DNA of 64,000 nt from Patescibacteria group bacterium (lineage in GTDB: Bacteria > Patescibacteriota > Patescibacteriia > JAXHNJ01). The stretch covers positions 4,964-68,963 of the forward strand of contig JBAZMP010000002.1 in assembly GCA_041649715.1 (NCBI GenBank), in the 5' to 3' direction. Of this stretch, positions 46,417 to 56,007 are shown one piece after another. Below the pieces are notes generated by a model. That model made no database searches. It had not been told where the DNA came from and saw nothing but the letters and a program-made list of their open reading frames with translations. The translations under genes and the position numbers were made by a program. Position 1 is the stretch's first letter, and every line of letters starts with the position of its first letter.

Positions 46417-47094
46417 CTATTTTTCCTCATTATATCTAAACGGGTTGAAATTAGTGTGAAGATCGTAATAATCCTCGTTTTCCCTTCTTTTCAAAAAACC
46501 GACAATTTTATAAGTTAAAGGCGTGAAAAATATTTCCACCCCACATTTGAAAATATAATTGGAGAGGAGAACAGCCGCCAGCAAACCTGGCTTTAATACG
46601 CCAGCGAAGGCGATTAAGACAAAGATTAAAGTATCAAAACCTTCGCCGACCAAAGTGGAACCTATTGTTCTGGTCCAGAGATATTTCCCTTTTGTCCATA
46701 TTTTCATTTTGGCCAAAACTAAAGAATTGGAAAACTCGCCGATAAAATAGGCGAGCAGGCTCGCGACCACGATTCGCGGAGTTAAACCCAATATTTTCAT
46801 GTAAGCGTCCTGATTTTCCCAATCCTTGGCCGGCGGCAAGGCACCGACAATCATTAAGATTGCGGACATTAAAAAAGCGGAAAAGAATCCCAGCCAGATG
46901 ACCCGGCGGGATTTTTTATAGCCATATACTTCGGTTAAAATATCACCGAAAATATAAGAAAGAGGAAATATTATCGTTCCGCCGTCAAAGGAAAAAGGCC
47001 CTAGTTTTAATATTTTGGTGGAGGCGATATTGGAAATCAGCAGGACAGCGATAAAGAGGCCCAAGACCAGGTCGAAATATTTATAGGGTCGCAT
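46417..47094 (-). CDS. YhhQ/DUF165-family membrane protein (putative queuosine-precursor transporter, VUT family).
   Basis: FPLSYIFGDILTEVYGY motif and 6 TM helices. Confidence 0.55.
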   Translation of the reverse strand: MRPYKYFDLVLGLFIAVLLISNIASTKILKLGPFSFDGGTIIFPLSYIFGDILTEVYGYKKSRRVIWLGFFSAFLMSAILMIVGALPPAKDWENQDAYMKILGLTPRIVVASLLAYFIGEFSNSLVLAKMKIWTKGKYLWTRTIGSTLVGEGFDTLIFVLIAFAGVLKPGLLAAVLLSNYIFKCGVEIFFTPLTYKIVGFLKRRENEDYYDLHTNFNPFRYNEEK

Positions 47095-47112
47095 ATTCGA
47101 AAAATGACAATA

Positions 47113-47739
47113 TTATATACTTTTAGTATCCTGTGAAATAATTAGCATTAATATAAAAAGGAATGACGTATAGTTAAATATCATTTCTGAAAGTTTTTTT
47201 TCATATAATATTCGTACATTTTTTGTATTTCCAAAACCTTTAACATTAACATAATAAATATTATTTTTTACCAAAATATTAAGTATTTCATCTTCTTTAA
47301 TAGAGTTTCGGATTCTCCTTAGTTCTTCAAACCCAGCGGAATATCGAATAATATGTTTTCTAAGATCTCCTTTGATTTCTGGAAATGATTTATCATCTGA
47401 CTTAATTTTTTTCAATAAATCATTATAACTTTTAGGCAATTTCTTATTAAGGGAAAGACCAATAACTTCTAATAAAATATCGTGGATTATTCTTAGATTA
47501 AATATGAAGTATTCAGTCAATGCGGCAACAACTTGATTCTCGGCTTCATTATTTTTTACATTTTTACCACCCAGCTTATATAATATATCTCCGAGGACGC
47601 CAGCCCTAAATAATCTATAATTCAATGTTTTTTTCTTCTTACGATTTGTGTATATTTTAACAACTTGTTGCGAATACTTACTAACAACAAGCAAAATGCT
47701 AATATCATCAGTTTTATCTTTAATGTTTATTGTTATCAT
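47113..47739 (-). CDS. Hypothetical protein in an AT-rich islet.
   Basis: 208 aa, Lys/Ile/Asn-rich, no recognisable motif. Confidence 0.35.
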   Translation of the reverse strand: MITINIKDKTDDISILLVVSKYSQQVVKIYTNRKKKKTLNYRLFRAGVLGDILYKLGGKNVKNNEAENQVVAALTEYFIFNLRIIHDILLEVIGLSLNKKLPKSYNDLLKKIKSDDKSFPEIKGDLRKHIIRYSAGFEELRRIRNSIKEDEILNILVKNNIYYVNVKGFGNTKNVRILYEKKLSEMIFNYTSFLFILMLIISQDTKSI

Positions 47740-47818
47740 ATCAAAATCTTTATTAGAGAGAGTATTCAGACTAAAAGCGGTTTAAATCAAAATATTATAG
47801 GGGCGCATAAATTTTCAT

Positions 47819-48235
47819 TTACATCACTTTCAAATAATAAGCTTCTTTCAGCCACTTGGTCAGTTTGGCATCCAATTCTTTTTTGTCCTCAATATCGATT
47901 TCATAAAAATATTTATGGCTTGACGCTTGACTCCATTTATTTATCCGCTTGTCTTTTATTTTTTCTTTTAAGACGATATGTATTCGAATCTTGTCTTTCA
48001 TGATATAACAGCAGCCGAAGGTATAGGAGGAGACGAAATGGATACAGCAGGGCAGGGATTCAATTTTGATCGGCCCGATTTTTTTAATTTTTTTCAAGAC
48101 TTCGAAATATAGGCTTTTAGCCAAATCGTTTCCGCGGGCCAAATGTTTTTTAACCGGGTAGACAACGCAGGAATGGCCCTGATTTTTATGGGCGAATTGA
48201 CGTTTGCATTTTGGGCAGGTCCATTTTTTGGCCAT
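47819..48235 (-). CDS. Hypothetical protein with an N-terminal zinc ribbon (CPKCKRQFAHKNQGHSC).
   Basis: 138-aa, AT-rich gene. Confidence 0.35.
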   Translation of the reverse strand: MAKKWTCPKCKRQFAHKNQGHSCVVYPVKKHLARGNDLAKSLYFEVLKKIKKIGPIKIESLPCCIHFVSSYTFGCCYIMKDKIRIHIVLKEKIKDKRINKWSQASSHKYFYEIDIEDKKELDAKLTKWLKEAYYLKVM

Positions 48236-48265
48236 AAAGTTAGTTTTAATGATTATAGCTTAGAG

Positions 48266-49036
48266 TTATTTTTTCAATTTATAGTAGCTTTTTGGATCAA
48301 GATAATCCGTTAGGAAATTACACATAGTAGTATTTGGCTCGGCGTCTTTGCAGGGGCAGGGGGATTCTTCCCGGATTTTTTTGTCAATGATCATTTCTTC
48401 TAAGTCCGCGCCGGCGGCTTCGTATTCCGTCAGGACTTGGTCCGTAAAATGCGGGAAGATGGAATCAATATTTTCATTGAAATCTTCATTTCTCGCTTTG
48501 AGCGAAATATCAAAATCATTCCCCCGCTGGCTGAATACGGCGTAGCCTAAGAGTTCTCCGGCTTTAATTTGATAGTCAGTCACCATATCTTCCAGATTAT
48601 TAAGGTGGAATATGGTTAGTTGCCAGTTTTTTGCTTGATTCGGGACCAATGTAAAGTGGTTGCCGCGTTCGGAAGACTGTATTTCAGTAATTTTTCCGTC
48701 AAATGGGGCGAAGACTTTTACTTTATCATTGCTTGGACTGTCGATTTCCTGCGGCACGAAATAATGTTTCAGGCTGCTGGAGGCCTCCGGTTCGCCGAAC
48801 AGATTGGTGGCGCCATACCAGTGGCCGGCACAGGAGCGGAAGCGGGAGATGGCTAGAATCTGGGTAAGATCGACCGGATTAGCGGTAATGAATTTTTCGC
48901 TAGCCATTTCCGCCGGGTTCATATTTGGTCTGATTTTTTGTTTTAAGAAAAAGCCGATTATCGGTATGGCCAGAATTACTAATAAAATCAGCCACCAGAA
49001 TTTTTTGAAGAATGATTTTTTGGGTTTTGCGTCCAT
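48266..49036 (-). CDS. Exported paralog-array member 1; conserved leader MDAKPKKSFFKKFWWLILL; degenerate LytM/M23-like beta domain possible.
   Basis: Start set at the conserved MDxxPKK. The C-terminal domain is similar to that of 51279..52037. Confidence 0.5.
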   Translation of the reverse strand: MDAKPKKSFFKKFWWLILLVILAIPIIGFFLKQKIRPNMNPAEMASEKFITANPVDLTQILAISRFRSCAGHWYGATNLFGEPEASSSLKHYFVPQEIDSPSNDKVKVFAPFDGKITEIQSSERGNHFTLVPNQAKNWQLTIFHLNNLEDMVTDYQIKAGELLGYAVFSQRGNDFDISLKARNEDFNENIDSIFPHFTDQVLTEYEAAGADLEEMIIDKKIREESPCPCKDAEPNTTMCNFLTDYLDPKSYYKLKK

Positions 49037-49040
49037 ATGT

Positions 49041-50312
49041 TTATCGTTCATAGGTAATTGGATTTTGGAAAGATTCGGACGCACCGCAGCGTCCTAATTG
49101 TTGTTCAATCTGAATATGCGTATCATCAATCAGCTGAAGGAGGATCTTTTCCTGGCCGTTGGTGCGGTTATCATCGTAGCAGTAGACTTTTCCGTCGGCG
49201 GTCACCTCGGAATATTCCCGGTCGATTAAGCCGGCATGTTTCGGGATAAACCAGAAACCCGTCACGTTTGAGACGGTGAATTTCGCGTATTGGGTCTCAA
49301 CATTGTCGTGAATTAAGATCATCGCGTTATTATTGTCAGTGACATTTTTTGTCGTCACCGGATTTTTAAACCAGTTGCCGGCCGCTGTACCGGGGATATC
49401 ATACATGATTTTTCCGCAGACCGGCTCGGTGGTTTTTGCGACAAATACCTGGGTATCGCTTCCCTGTGACCTCATGTCGCCGAACAAAGCAGAGTATTTG
49501 GCTTTCAGCTCGGGAGTATAATAATCTGTCAGGCAGTAAGCATGATTGGTAAAGGTGTAGTACCGGTCCGGATTGGCGAAGCCTAAGGCCGGTTTGTTAT
49601 AATCATACAGCCCGTAATCAACATGCATATTTTTTGGTCCCAATTTGCCCATATAGCCGATAATCTCGCCGGCTTTCAGCTGAATCCTGTCAAAATTCGG
49701 GTGGCAGGTGTAATACCAGCTTTGTTCATCTTCTTCGGTTTTTTCCTGACTGCAATTCAAGTTTTCTTCGTGAACAGCCGCGGCCAGCTTAGGCGAAAGT
49801 TTCGTGTAATGAACCATGGAAAGGTTAATGCCGCGGCAGGGGACCATATTAATCTGATAATCGTTGCCTATCAATGAATCATCGCTTTTGTAGTATTTTT
49901 GCTTAATTTCTACCCAGATCAGGGTCATGTCGGAGGGAGCGTAGACCGGAACTTCGGCGGTATATTCCCCGGCATAAGGATATATGTGGTCAACCGGTAC
50001 GACATGGCCGGACTCGTTTGAATTGCCCAAAGGGATGATGCGCAAGGGTAAGCCTTCGTCCATGAACGGCACGGTGAATATTTGCGAGGTATCGGCCGGG
50101 CAGGCCGGTAGGTCCGAAGCCAAGCTTAAGGCTTGGAGATCATCACTTTGAATTTGACTGGTATTAGTTTCTTCCGGTGTATTTTGTTTTACGTTTTTGT
50201 CTGACTCAGTTTTTTTGCAGGCGGAAATAAAAAGGACCAGACAGAAAACCGCGGCGATAATGAATATTCTTTTAATCATAGACTTTTTTGGTTGAATGTT
50301 TTTTAATCCCAT
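49041..50312 (-). CDS. Array member 2: a lipoprotein variant (lipobox LFISAC) carrying the family C-terminal domain.
   Basis: C-terminal …EYSEVTADGKVYCYDD…LLQLIDDTHIQIEQQLGRCGASESFQNPITYER. Confidence 0.5.
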   Translation of the reverse strand: MGLKNIQPKKSMIKRIFIIAAVFCLVLFISACKKTESDKNVKQNTPEETNTSQIQSDDLQALSLASDLPACPADTSQIFTVPFMDEGLPLRIIPLGNSNESGHVVPVDHIYPYAGEYTAEVPVYAPSDMTLIWVEIKQKYYKSDDSLIGNDYQINMVPCRGINLSMVHYTKLSPKLAAAVHEENLNCSQEKTEEDEQSWYYTCHPNFDRIQLKAGEIIGYMGKLGPKNMHVDYGLYDYNKPALGFANPDRYYTFTNHAYCLTDYYTPELKAKYSALFGDMRSQGSDTQVFVAKTTEPVCGKIMYDIPGTAAGNWFKNPVTTKNVTDNNNAMILIHDNVETQYAKFTVSNVTGFWFIPKHAGLIDREYSEVTADGKVYCYDDNRTNGQEKILLQLIDDTHIQIEQQLGRCGASESFQNPITYER

Positions 50313-50313
50313 A

Positions 50314-51276
50314 TTATTTATTTTCCTCTGTTTCGGGTTTATCATCTTTTACTTTCGGCTCCTCGGCAACTTCATAAGTGTTTTCGCCCAATTTATATCT
50401 AATAAGTGACCCGTCTATAAATCCTTCCGTTTCCCGGCCCAAAAGAAATTCAATGGCTTCGTGGTGATGCTTAACGCTTCCGGTTTCAGTCGAACACCGG
50501 AAAGAAATCTCATCGCCGAGCTTGAATCCCAATTCCGAAAGAGGTCGGGCTGATAGGGTGTAATCATATCCCAGACCGCCAGCGAGCATCCCATTCATTG
50601 AAGTAATCAGAAAGGCATCCTCGCCGCTGGCGTCTTTGCCGTTTCTTGTGATAAATGACATTACGTTAGCGACCGGGTCGATCTGTGCGTATTCTCCGTT
50701 TTCAGAAACAGTATAGTAACCGATGCCATCGTGAGCGGCATCTACCTTGTCTTGGCCGTTTTTATCTTTATAAAATATTTCGTCGAGCTTCCCCCCGTGG
50801 CTGATAATATAGTCGCCATCATATGAAACATGATCGGTCGGCAGTTTACCCCAATATTCAAATTTCAAGTACATATATTGGTTGTCAGCGCCGACGGACA
50901 AGCTTTTTAAATCTGTAAATGGCATCGGATAGGGAGAGGTGTTGTTGCCGCGGTACGTGTCAGTTGTCCGATTATGCGTGTAGATAAAAAAGTCATCTTC
51001 GGGGTCCTCAATTTTTATACCGGAAGCAAAAGCCGCATCAGCCGCCGTTAGCTGAGCCGCTGAAAACGGCAATGTTCTGCCAGTTTTTTTCGGATCACCA
51101 GACCCGTCGACAGGCGTGTTGTTATTTATGACCTTATAGAGATTTTTTTCCTTGTCCGAATCGCCGTTTTTTTTATCCCGGAAAGTTGCCCCCATGAACA
51201 CAACCACAATAATAATGATGATTGAAATCAGCCACCAGAATTTTTTGAAGAACGATTTTTTGGGTTGGGTGTCCAT
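50314..51276 (-). CDS. Array member 3: leader MDTQPKKSFFKKFWWLISII with a distinct C-terminal domain.
   Basis: Conserved leader. Only 1 nt separates it from the flanking genes. Confidence 0.5.
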   Translation of the reverse strand: MDTQPKKSFFKKFWWLISIIIIIVVVFMGATFRDKKNGDSDKEKNLYKVINNNTPVDGSGDPKKTGRTLPFSAAQLTAADAAFASGIKIEDPEDDFFIYTHNRTTDTYRGNNTSPYPMPFTDLKSLSVGADNQYMYLKFEYWGKLPTDHVSYDGDYIISHGGKLDEIFYKDKNGQDKVDAAHDGIGYYTVSENGEYAQIDPVANVMSFITRNGKDASGEDAFLITSMNGMLAGGLGYDYTLSARPLSELGFKLGDEISFRCSTETGSVKHHHEAIEFLLGRETEGFIDGSLIRYKLGENTYEVAEEPKVKDDKPETEENK

Positions 51277-51278
51277 AA

Positions 51279-52037
51279 TTATCTAAATTTATCTTCATAA
51301 CCTCCCGAGCAGATTTCCGGGGCATTGGCTTTCATCTCCGGCGAATTTGTTTCCGCCCAGATCTTCTCGATTAATATTTTTGAGGCGCTGTCGAAATAGA
51401 TCATGGGGCAAAGCCTCGGCTCGACCGCTGCGATAGACAGATCTTTTTGCGCGACATCATAATAGCCGAATTGCCAATGAATGTTCTTGTAATCTTGTCC
51501 GTTTTTGCCTTTTCCTTCGTTATTCGGCCAGCCGATGAAATCGCCGATTTTTACCTTGTCGCCGACTTTCAGATTGGGATTGGTGGCGTCAAGCCCGCAA
51601 TAATCCACGCCCCAGCCGTCGTCGGTCTTGGTCACGACCATGACCGTCGCGTTTGAAACTGTGTCTCTGATATCGACGATCGCGGCGTCCAGGGAGGCGA
51701 TGATTCTTATCTCTTTGTTCGTATTCCACTGAAAATCCAAGCCTGGATGGCCGAGGGCGGCATCGGCGTGGAATATCGTCTCGCCCATGGGGATCAGGGC
51801 GTCGGGGGCGTCTGAAGCGGCGAAGGGCAAGGACAGGACCGGTGTAGACGTCGGGCGGACGATTTGTATCTCCGGCGGTTCACCGGTTTCGTTCTCAGCG
51901 GCGGCTTTATTCTCGTTGTCTAGCCGACTGGCCCGGTGGCCGGTAATCCAGCCGTAGACAAAACCGACGATGAGCACAATCAAAATCAGGCCGAGCCACC
52001 AGAATCTTTTGATATATGATTTTTTTTCATTGTTCAT
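51279..52037 (-). CDS. Array member 4: leader MNNEKKSYIKRFWWLGLIL with a LytM/M23-like domain (HPGLDF).
   Basis: HxxxD-type motif, and a GDKVKIGDFIGW beta-strand typical of M23-like folds; the second His motif is degenerate. Confidence 0.45.
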   Translation of the reverse strand: MNNEKKSYIKRFWWLGLILIVLIVGFVYGWITGHRASRLDNENKAAAENETGEPPEIQIVRPTSTPVLSLPFAASDAPDALIPMGETIFHADAALGHPGLDFQWNTNKEIRIIASLDAAIVDIRDTVSNATVMVVTKTDDGWGVDYCGLDATNPNLKVGDKVKIGDFIGWPNNEGKGKNGQDYKNIHWQFGYYDVAQKDLSIAAVEPRLCPMIYFDSASKILIEKIWAETNSPEMKANAPEICSGGYEDKFR

Positions 52038-52040
52038 AAT

Positions 52041-53324
52041 TTATCTATCTAATGTCACAGGTTGGTTAAATTGATCCGTCGTTTTACAGGCGCCTCGTTG
52101 GTATTCAGCTTTAAGGTGATTGTTATCAATCAGCTGGATTAGCATTTTGCCAGCAGGATCGCCAACGCGATATATTGTGAGATTATAGCAGTAAACTTGA
52201 CCGTCCGTGCTAACCTCGCTTGGTTCACGATTGATTGTGCCGGAATGTGCCGGCGAGAAACTGAATATTTTCGGACCAGTAACTGTGCCAGCAGAAGAAA
52301 TCATGCCCTGAGTGTGATCAATGTCGCCATGGATGATGGCCAATTCTTCCGTATCACCGATATACCAAGTACCCTGAATGCTACCGATAACCTCCTGATG
52401 CTGGGTACCGCAAAGCGGTTCGCCGGTTCTTTTTGTGAATAATCCGTAATAATCATCGTACAAGCCGAATAGGTTATAATATTTATTTTTCAACTCACCT
52501 GTATACATATCAAAAAGGCAGATAGCATATTTCATATTTCCATTGTGGGTGTAGAATTTTAATTCAGGATTAGTAATCGCCGAGGACAGCTGACGATAAT
52601 CATGCGCCCAATCTTCAAAGGTTCCGCAGCGTCCGGGTTCTTGTTTCACAATACCAATGAATTCTCCAGCCTTGATGGAAATATTCGTTTCGACCCGGCA
52701 GTATTTACGGGCGCCTTCTTTGCCTAGTTTTGTAATTCCTTCGGTGCATGCTTTTGGATCTTTCAGCGCATCAGCAATCACTTGTTCGATTGACTCTGAT
52801 ATCGTTTCATAAATACTGAAATCTAGTACGACATTCTTGCACACAGTGAATGTCAGATTGGTACCGATTAATTCATATGTTCCGGTATTTTTAAGATCTA
52901 TATATTCCCGGTTGACCCCCGTAATCCATCCGTCCGCTGGAGCATAGCCACGGACTGGGTCGCCGCAGGGTATGTAATAGGAGTTATGGTCGGTCGCTCC
53001 CGTATGCCCCGGCGGGCTGACCCAGCCTAGGGGGCCAATGGCCCCAATTTCTTCCGGGTCAATAAAGGGGGCAGTTAAAATGCCTGCCAGATCATTTGGG
53101 CATTCGGGGAAATTACCTCCCTTGTCAGAGTCTTTATCAAAATCCTTTTTTTCATTGGTATTAATATCTTGTTGGTTCTGTTCAAAAGGTTTTTTATTTT
53201 TTTCATTAGGTTCGTCTTTGCCTGATAATTGCGACACTATAAGACATCCCCCAATAAGAATTATAATTATTAATAGGATCCACCAGAATCTTTTGAAGGA
53301 TGATTTTTTTGATTGGGCGTCCAT
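52041..53324 (-). CDS. Array member 5: leader MDAQSKKSSFKRFWWILLII plus the family C-terminal domain.
   Basis: C-terminal REPSEVSTDGQVYCYN…LIQLIDNNHLKAEYQRGACKTTDQFNQPVTLDR. Confidence 0.5.
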   Translation of the reverse strand: MDAQSKKSSFKRFWWILLIIIILIGGCLIVSQLSGKDEPNEKNKKPFEQNQQDINTNEKKDFDKDSDKGGNFPECPNDLAGILTAPFIDPEEIGAIGPLGWVSPPGHTGATDHNSYYIPCGDPVRGYAPADGWITGVNREYIDLKNTGTYELIGTNLTFTVCKNVVLDFSIYETISESIEQVIADALKDPKACTEGITKLGKEGARKYCRVETNISIKAGEFIGIVKQEPGRCGTFEDWAHDYRQLSSAITNPELKFYTHNGNMKYAICLFDMYTGELKNKYYNLFGLYDDYYGLFTKRTGEPLCGTQHQEVIGSIQGTWYIGDTEELAIIHGDIDHTQGMISSAGTVTGPKIFSFSPAHSGTINREPSEVSTDGQVYCYNLTIYRVGDPAGKMLIQLIDNNHLKAEYQRGACKTTDQFNQPVTLDR

Positions 53325-53334
53325 AATTGATTAT

Positions 53335-54646
53335 TTATCTTTGATACTCAAATGGGTTTATAAATGATTCATCAGAACTACACGACCCGTCCTGATGCTC
53401 TACTTTTAGCCGATGATCATTAATTAGTTGAACTAATATTTTCCCCGCCATCTTTTCTCTGCTCAGCTGTTTTTCTGCGGAATAATCATCCATAAAACAG
53501 TAAATATTGTCATCGGCTGTTATTTCACTTGGTTCTCTGTTAATTATTCCTGAATGTTTCGGGAAGAACATAACAACCGAATAATCTCCCGTGATAGATT
53601 TATCCATGGAAAATATGCCAATAGACGGGTCCATATTGTAGTGTACGATAGCCAGCGCTTTTGTTTGGTATACTTCGGGATTATCGCCCCACCACACTCC
53701 TTGGGCAGTACCGGGAATATCTTGGATTATCTCTCCGCAAACAGGTTCTTTAGTCCTTGCCATAAAATCCAGCGGGGTAATTACGGATTTCCCGTTTATC
53801 GTCTCCTCCCTTTGCGACAGATATACCCCAAATTTTGAAAAATACTGATCCTTCAGATCCCCTTTGTATAGATCAAACAGGCACATCGCACGGGAATATC
53901 GTTGATCTTTGGCATAATCCCAATTAATATCCGTTCTTTGCGGGGTGTTGTAGTTTGCGGCCCATACTTCAAAGAAGAAGCCATCATCTTTTTTACGCGT
54001 ATATCCAAGCAGCTCCCCGGAAGTAACTTTTAGATTTGTCTCATAAATACAACTCCCTTCCGTTCTCCCATGGCCTTCTTTATTAATGTCGTAGGTGCAG
54101 GAACCTTCAATGTTTTTTATCTCATTTTGCAGCCTTTGAGATATCTCGGTATAAGTCGTCAGATCCAAAACCAATCCTTTGCAAATAAGAAGAGATATTG
54201 AATATCCGGTGGGAATGTACTCTCCGGTCTCCGATTTCGCCGACTCTTCTGTCATTGATAATTTTAGCATTGGCCGGCGCGTAAAGAGGAATCTGGCCTT
54301 CAGCGAGAGACTGAAAATAGATGTGATCAATAGGGATGACATGACCCGGAGGATTTATATTTCCTAAAGGCGTAAGAAACAAAATTGCTTCCGGCGGCAT
54401 AAAAGGATAATCTAATATACCAGAAAGATCAGCCGGACAATCAATTACATCTGACGGGTATCTTATATCTGTTGGTTGTTCGTTATTGTTTTGATTATTT
54501 TCTGATAAGTTAACTGCGTCATTTAAAGAGGTTTCGTCTTTTTGGCTATTGCTGTTTAACGCGAATACTATAATAACCACGAAAGCGACTATTATTAATA
54601 ATCCCATCCACCAGAATCTTTTGAAAAATGATTTTTTTTGATCCAT
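53335..54646 (-). pseudogene. Array member 6, interrupted by a 1-nt frameshift near 54220-54260.
   Basis: Leader MDQKKSFFKRFWWMGLL in the 54122..54646 frame; family C-terminal domain in the 53335..54342 frame. The total span is not a multiple of three. Confidence 0.5.
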
Positions 54647-54653
54647 ATTATTT

Positions 54654-55586
54654 TTATTTGTAAGCGGCGTAATAAATACCCTTGGCGTGCTGGCCGTAAT
54701 ACATAAACCAGGCGCCGTTGATTTTTTCAAGAGTGGGATCGCAGGGCGGATTGGGAACGAATTTAAGATTGGCGTTTTCATTATTGCTCCAGTCAAAAAC
54801 CGGGGCGGAAAAAGCGCCGCTTGAGTAAACCGTGCGATAGATACCGGCATAGCTCCAGAAATAAACTCTTAATTCGCCGTTGTCCCATTTTACCCACTCC
54901 GCGCCGTCGGCCAGGCCATAAAGAGTCTCATTCCTTGAATCAAAGGCAAGGCCCTTCTTTTCCCAGGCCAGGCCGTCGCGGGAAGAGGCCCAGAAATAGA
55001 GCTGAGTGGTTTGGTTAGGCACTTTTTCCGAGGTTTCATAAGGCTCGTTGATTGTTCCGCGGTAAACCATAATATAGGTTTTGTCCGGCAGCAAATAAGT
55101 GCTTTGAGCGCCGACACTTTCCAGGTTAAAACCCGGTTCGGATTTATCAATCCTGACGCCGGGTTCATCGGTCCAATTCAGTCCGTCTTCGGAAACCGCG
55201 CTTTTAATCACTTGGTCGTTCTGAAAATAGGCGCGAAAACGGCCGTCAGGCAATTTTACCACATCAAAAAATACCGCCCAGGTTTTTCTTACCCCCTCTT
55301 CTTTGGTCCAGGTAATCCCGTCCGAAGAGACAGAGGAGTAAATCTGGCCGGCAAAATCCGGGGTTTCCGGTTCAGCCGCGTAATAAAGTCGGTACTGGCT
55401 GTTGCCCAAGTCCAGGATTTCCGCGTCGGCGTACTGGCCCGAGACGACGACGCCTTGTTCTTGCCAGGCAGGAGTAGTATTAGTATTTGTATTGGTGACC
55501 CTGGTATTGTCAGCCGTCTTTTTACAGGCGGAAACAAAAAATACCAGACAGATCAGGCTTAAGAGGATGATAAGTTTTTTGGGCAT
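54654..55586 (-). CDS. Lipoprotein with BNR/Asp-box repeats (beta-propeller sialidase/glycosidase-like).
   Basis: Lipobox FVSAC. Asp-box repeats SSDGITW, SEDGLNW and SRDGLAW. Confidence 0.55.
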   Translation of the reverse strand: MPKKLIILLSLICLVFFVSACKKTADNTRVTNTNTNTTPAWQEQGVVVSGQYADAEILDLGNSQYRLYYAAEPETPDFAGQIYSSVSSDGITWTKEEGVRKTWAVFFDVVKLPDGRFRAYFQNDQVIKSAVSEDGLNWTDEPGVRIDKSEPGFNLESVGAQSTYLLPDKTYIMVYRGTINEPYETSEKVPNQTTQLYFWASSRDGLAWEKKGLAFDSRNETLYGLADGAEWVKWDNGELRVYFWSYAGIYRTVYSSGAFSAPVFDWSNNENANLKFVPNPPCDPTLEKINGAWFMYYGQHAKGIYYAAYK

Positions 55587-55643
55587 AGATTATGGTATTT
55601 AAACAATAAATTATGCTTCTTTTATTCTACCATTTTTAGCCAT

Positions 55644-55672
55644 TAAAAAAAGAGCCGACACGCGGCCGGCTC
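55644..55672 (-). terminator. Rho-independent terminator after 55681..56007.
   Basis: Stem GAGCCG / CGGCTC (55652-55657 / 55667-55672), followed by a U-run on the minus strand (plus-strand A-run 55644-55651). Confidence 0.45.
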
Positions 55673-55680
55673 AGGGCGAT

Positions 55681-56007
55681 TTAAGGTATGGGGTTGATTT
55701 GGAAGGGGATGTCGTCTTTTCCCGTGGTTTTCAGATTTTCCCGGAAATAAAGGGAAAGGATTTCGTCAACCTCGGCAACTCGGGAAGGAAGGGCGAGAAT
55801 CTCCGCCTTATGCACTTTGCCCAGTTCATGGATTAGTTCCAGGGCGTTGCCAAGAAACAGTATATAAAGGGCTTCTTCTCCAATGATCCTGCCGAAGATG
55901 TTCGAAGAATTGAGTTCTTCGTGAATCCTCTTTTGAATCTCAAGAGGAAGCTGAAGGAATTTCTTAATCGTGAAATTCACGATTATCTGCCGGTCTACGA
56001 CTCCCAT
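55681..56007 (-). CDS. Hypothetical protein of 108 aa.
   Basis: ORF with no recognisable motif. Confidence 0.35.
   Translation of the reverse strand: MGVVDRQIIVNFTIKKFLQLPLEIQKRIHEELNSSNIFGRIIGEEALYILFLGNALELIHELGKVHKAEILALPSRVAEVDEILSLYFRENLKTTGKDDIPFQINPIP

Noticed and set aside
54647-54850. Upstream extension of the 54122..54850 ORF (MPVSIARF…).
   Set aside because: It overlaps the BNR lipoprotein gene out of frame. The conserved family leader begins at ATG 54646.
48266-55586. Nucleotide repeats at gene starts that might indicate a CRISPR-like array or IS termini.
   Set aside because: Repeats are about 45 nt, lie inside coding 5' ends at irregular ~0.8-1.3 kb spacing, and encode a conserved peptide leader. 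There are no cas or transposase genes.
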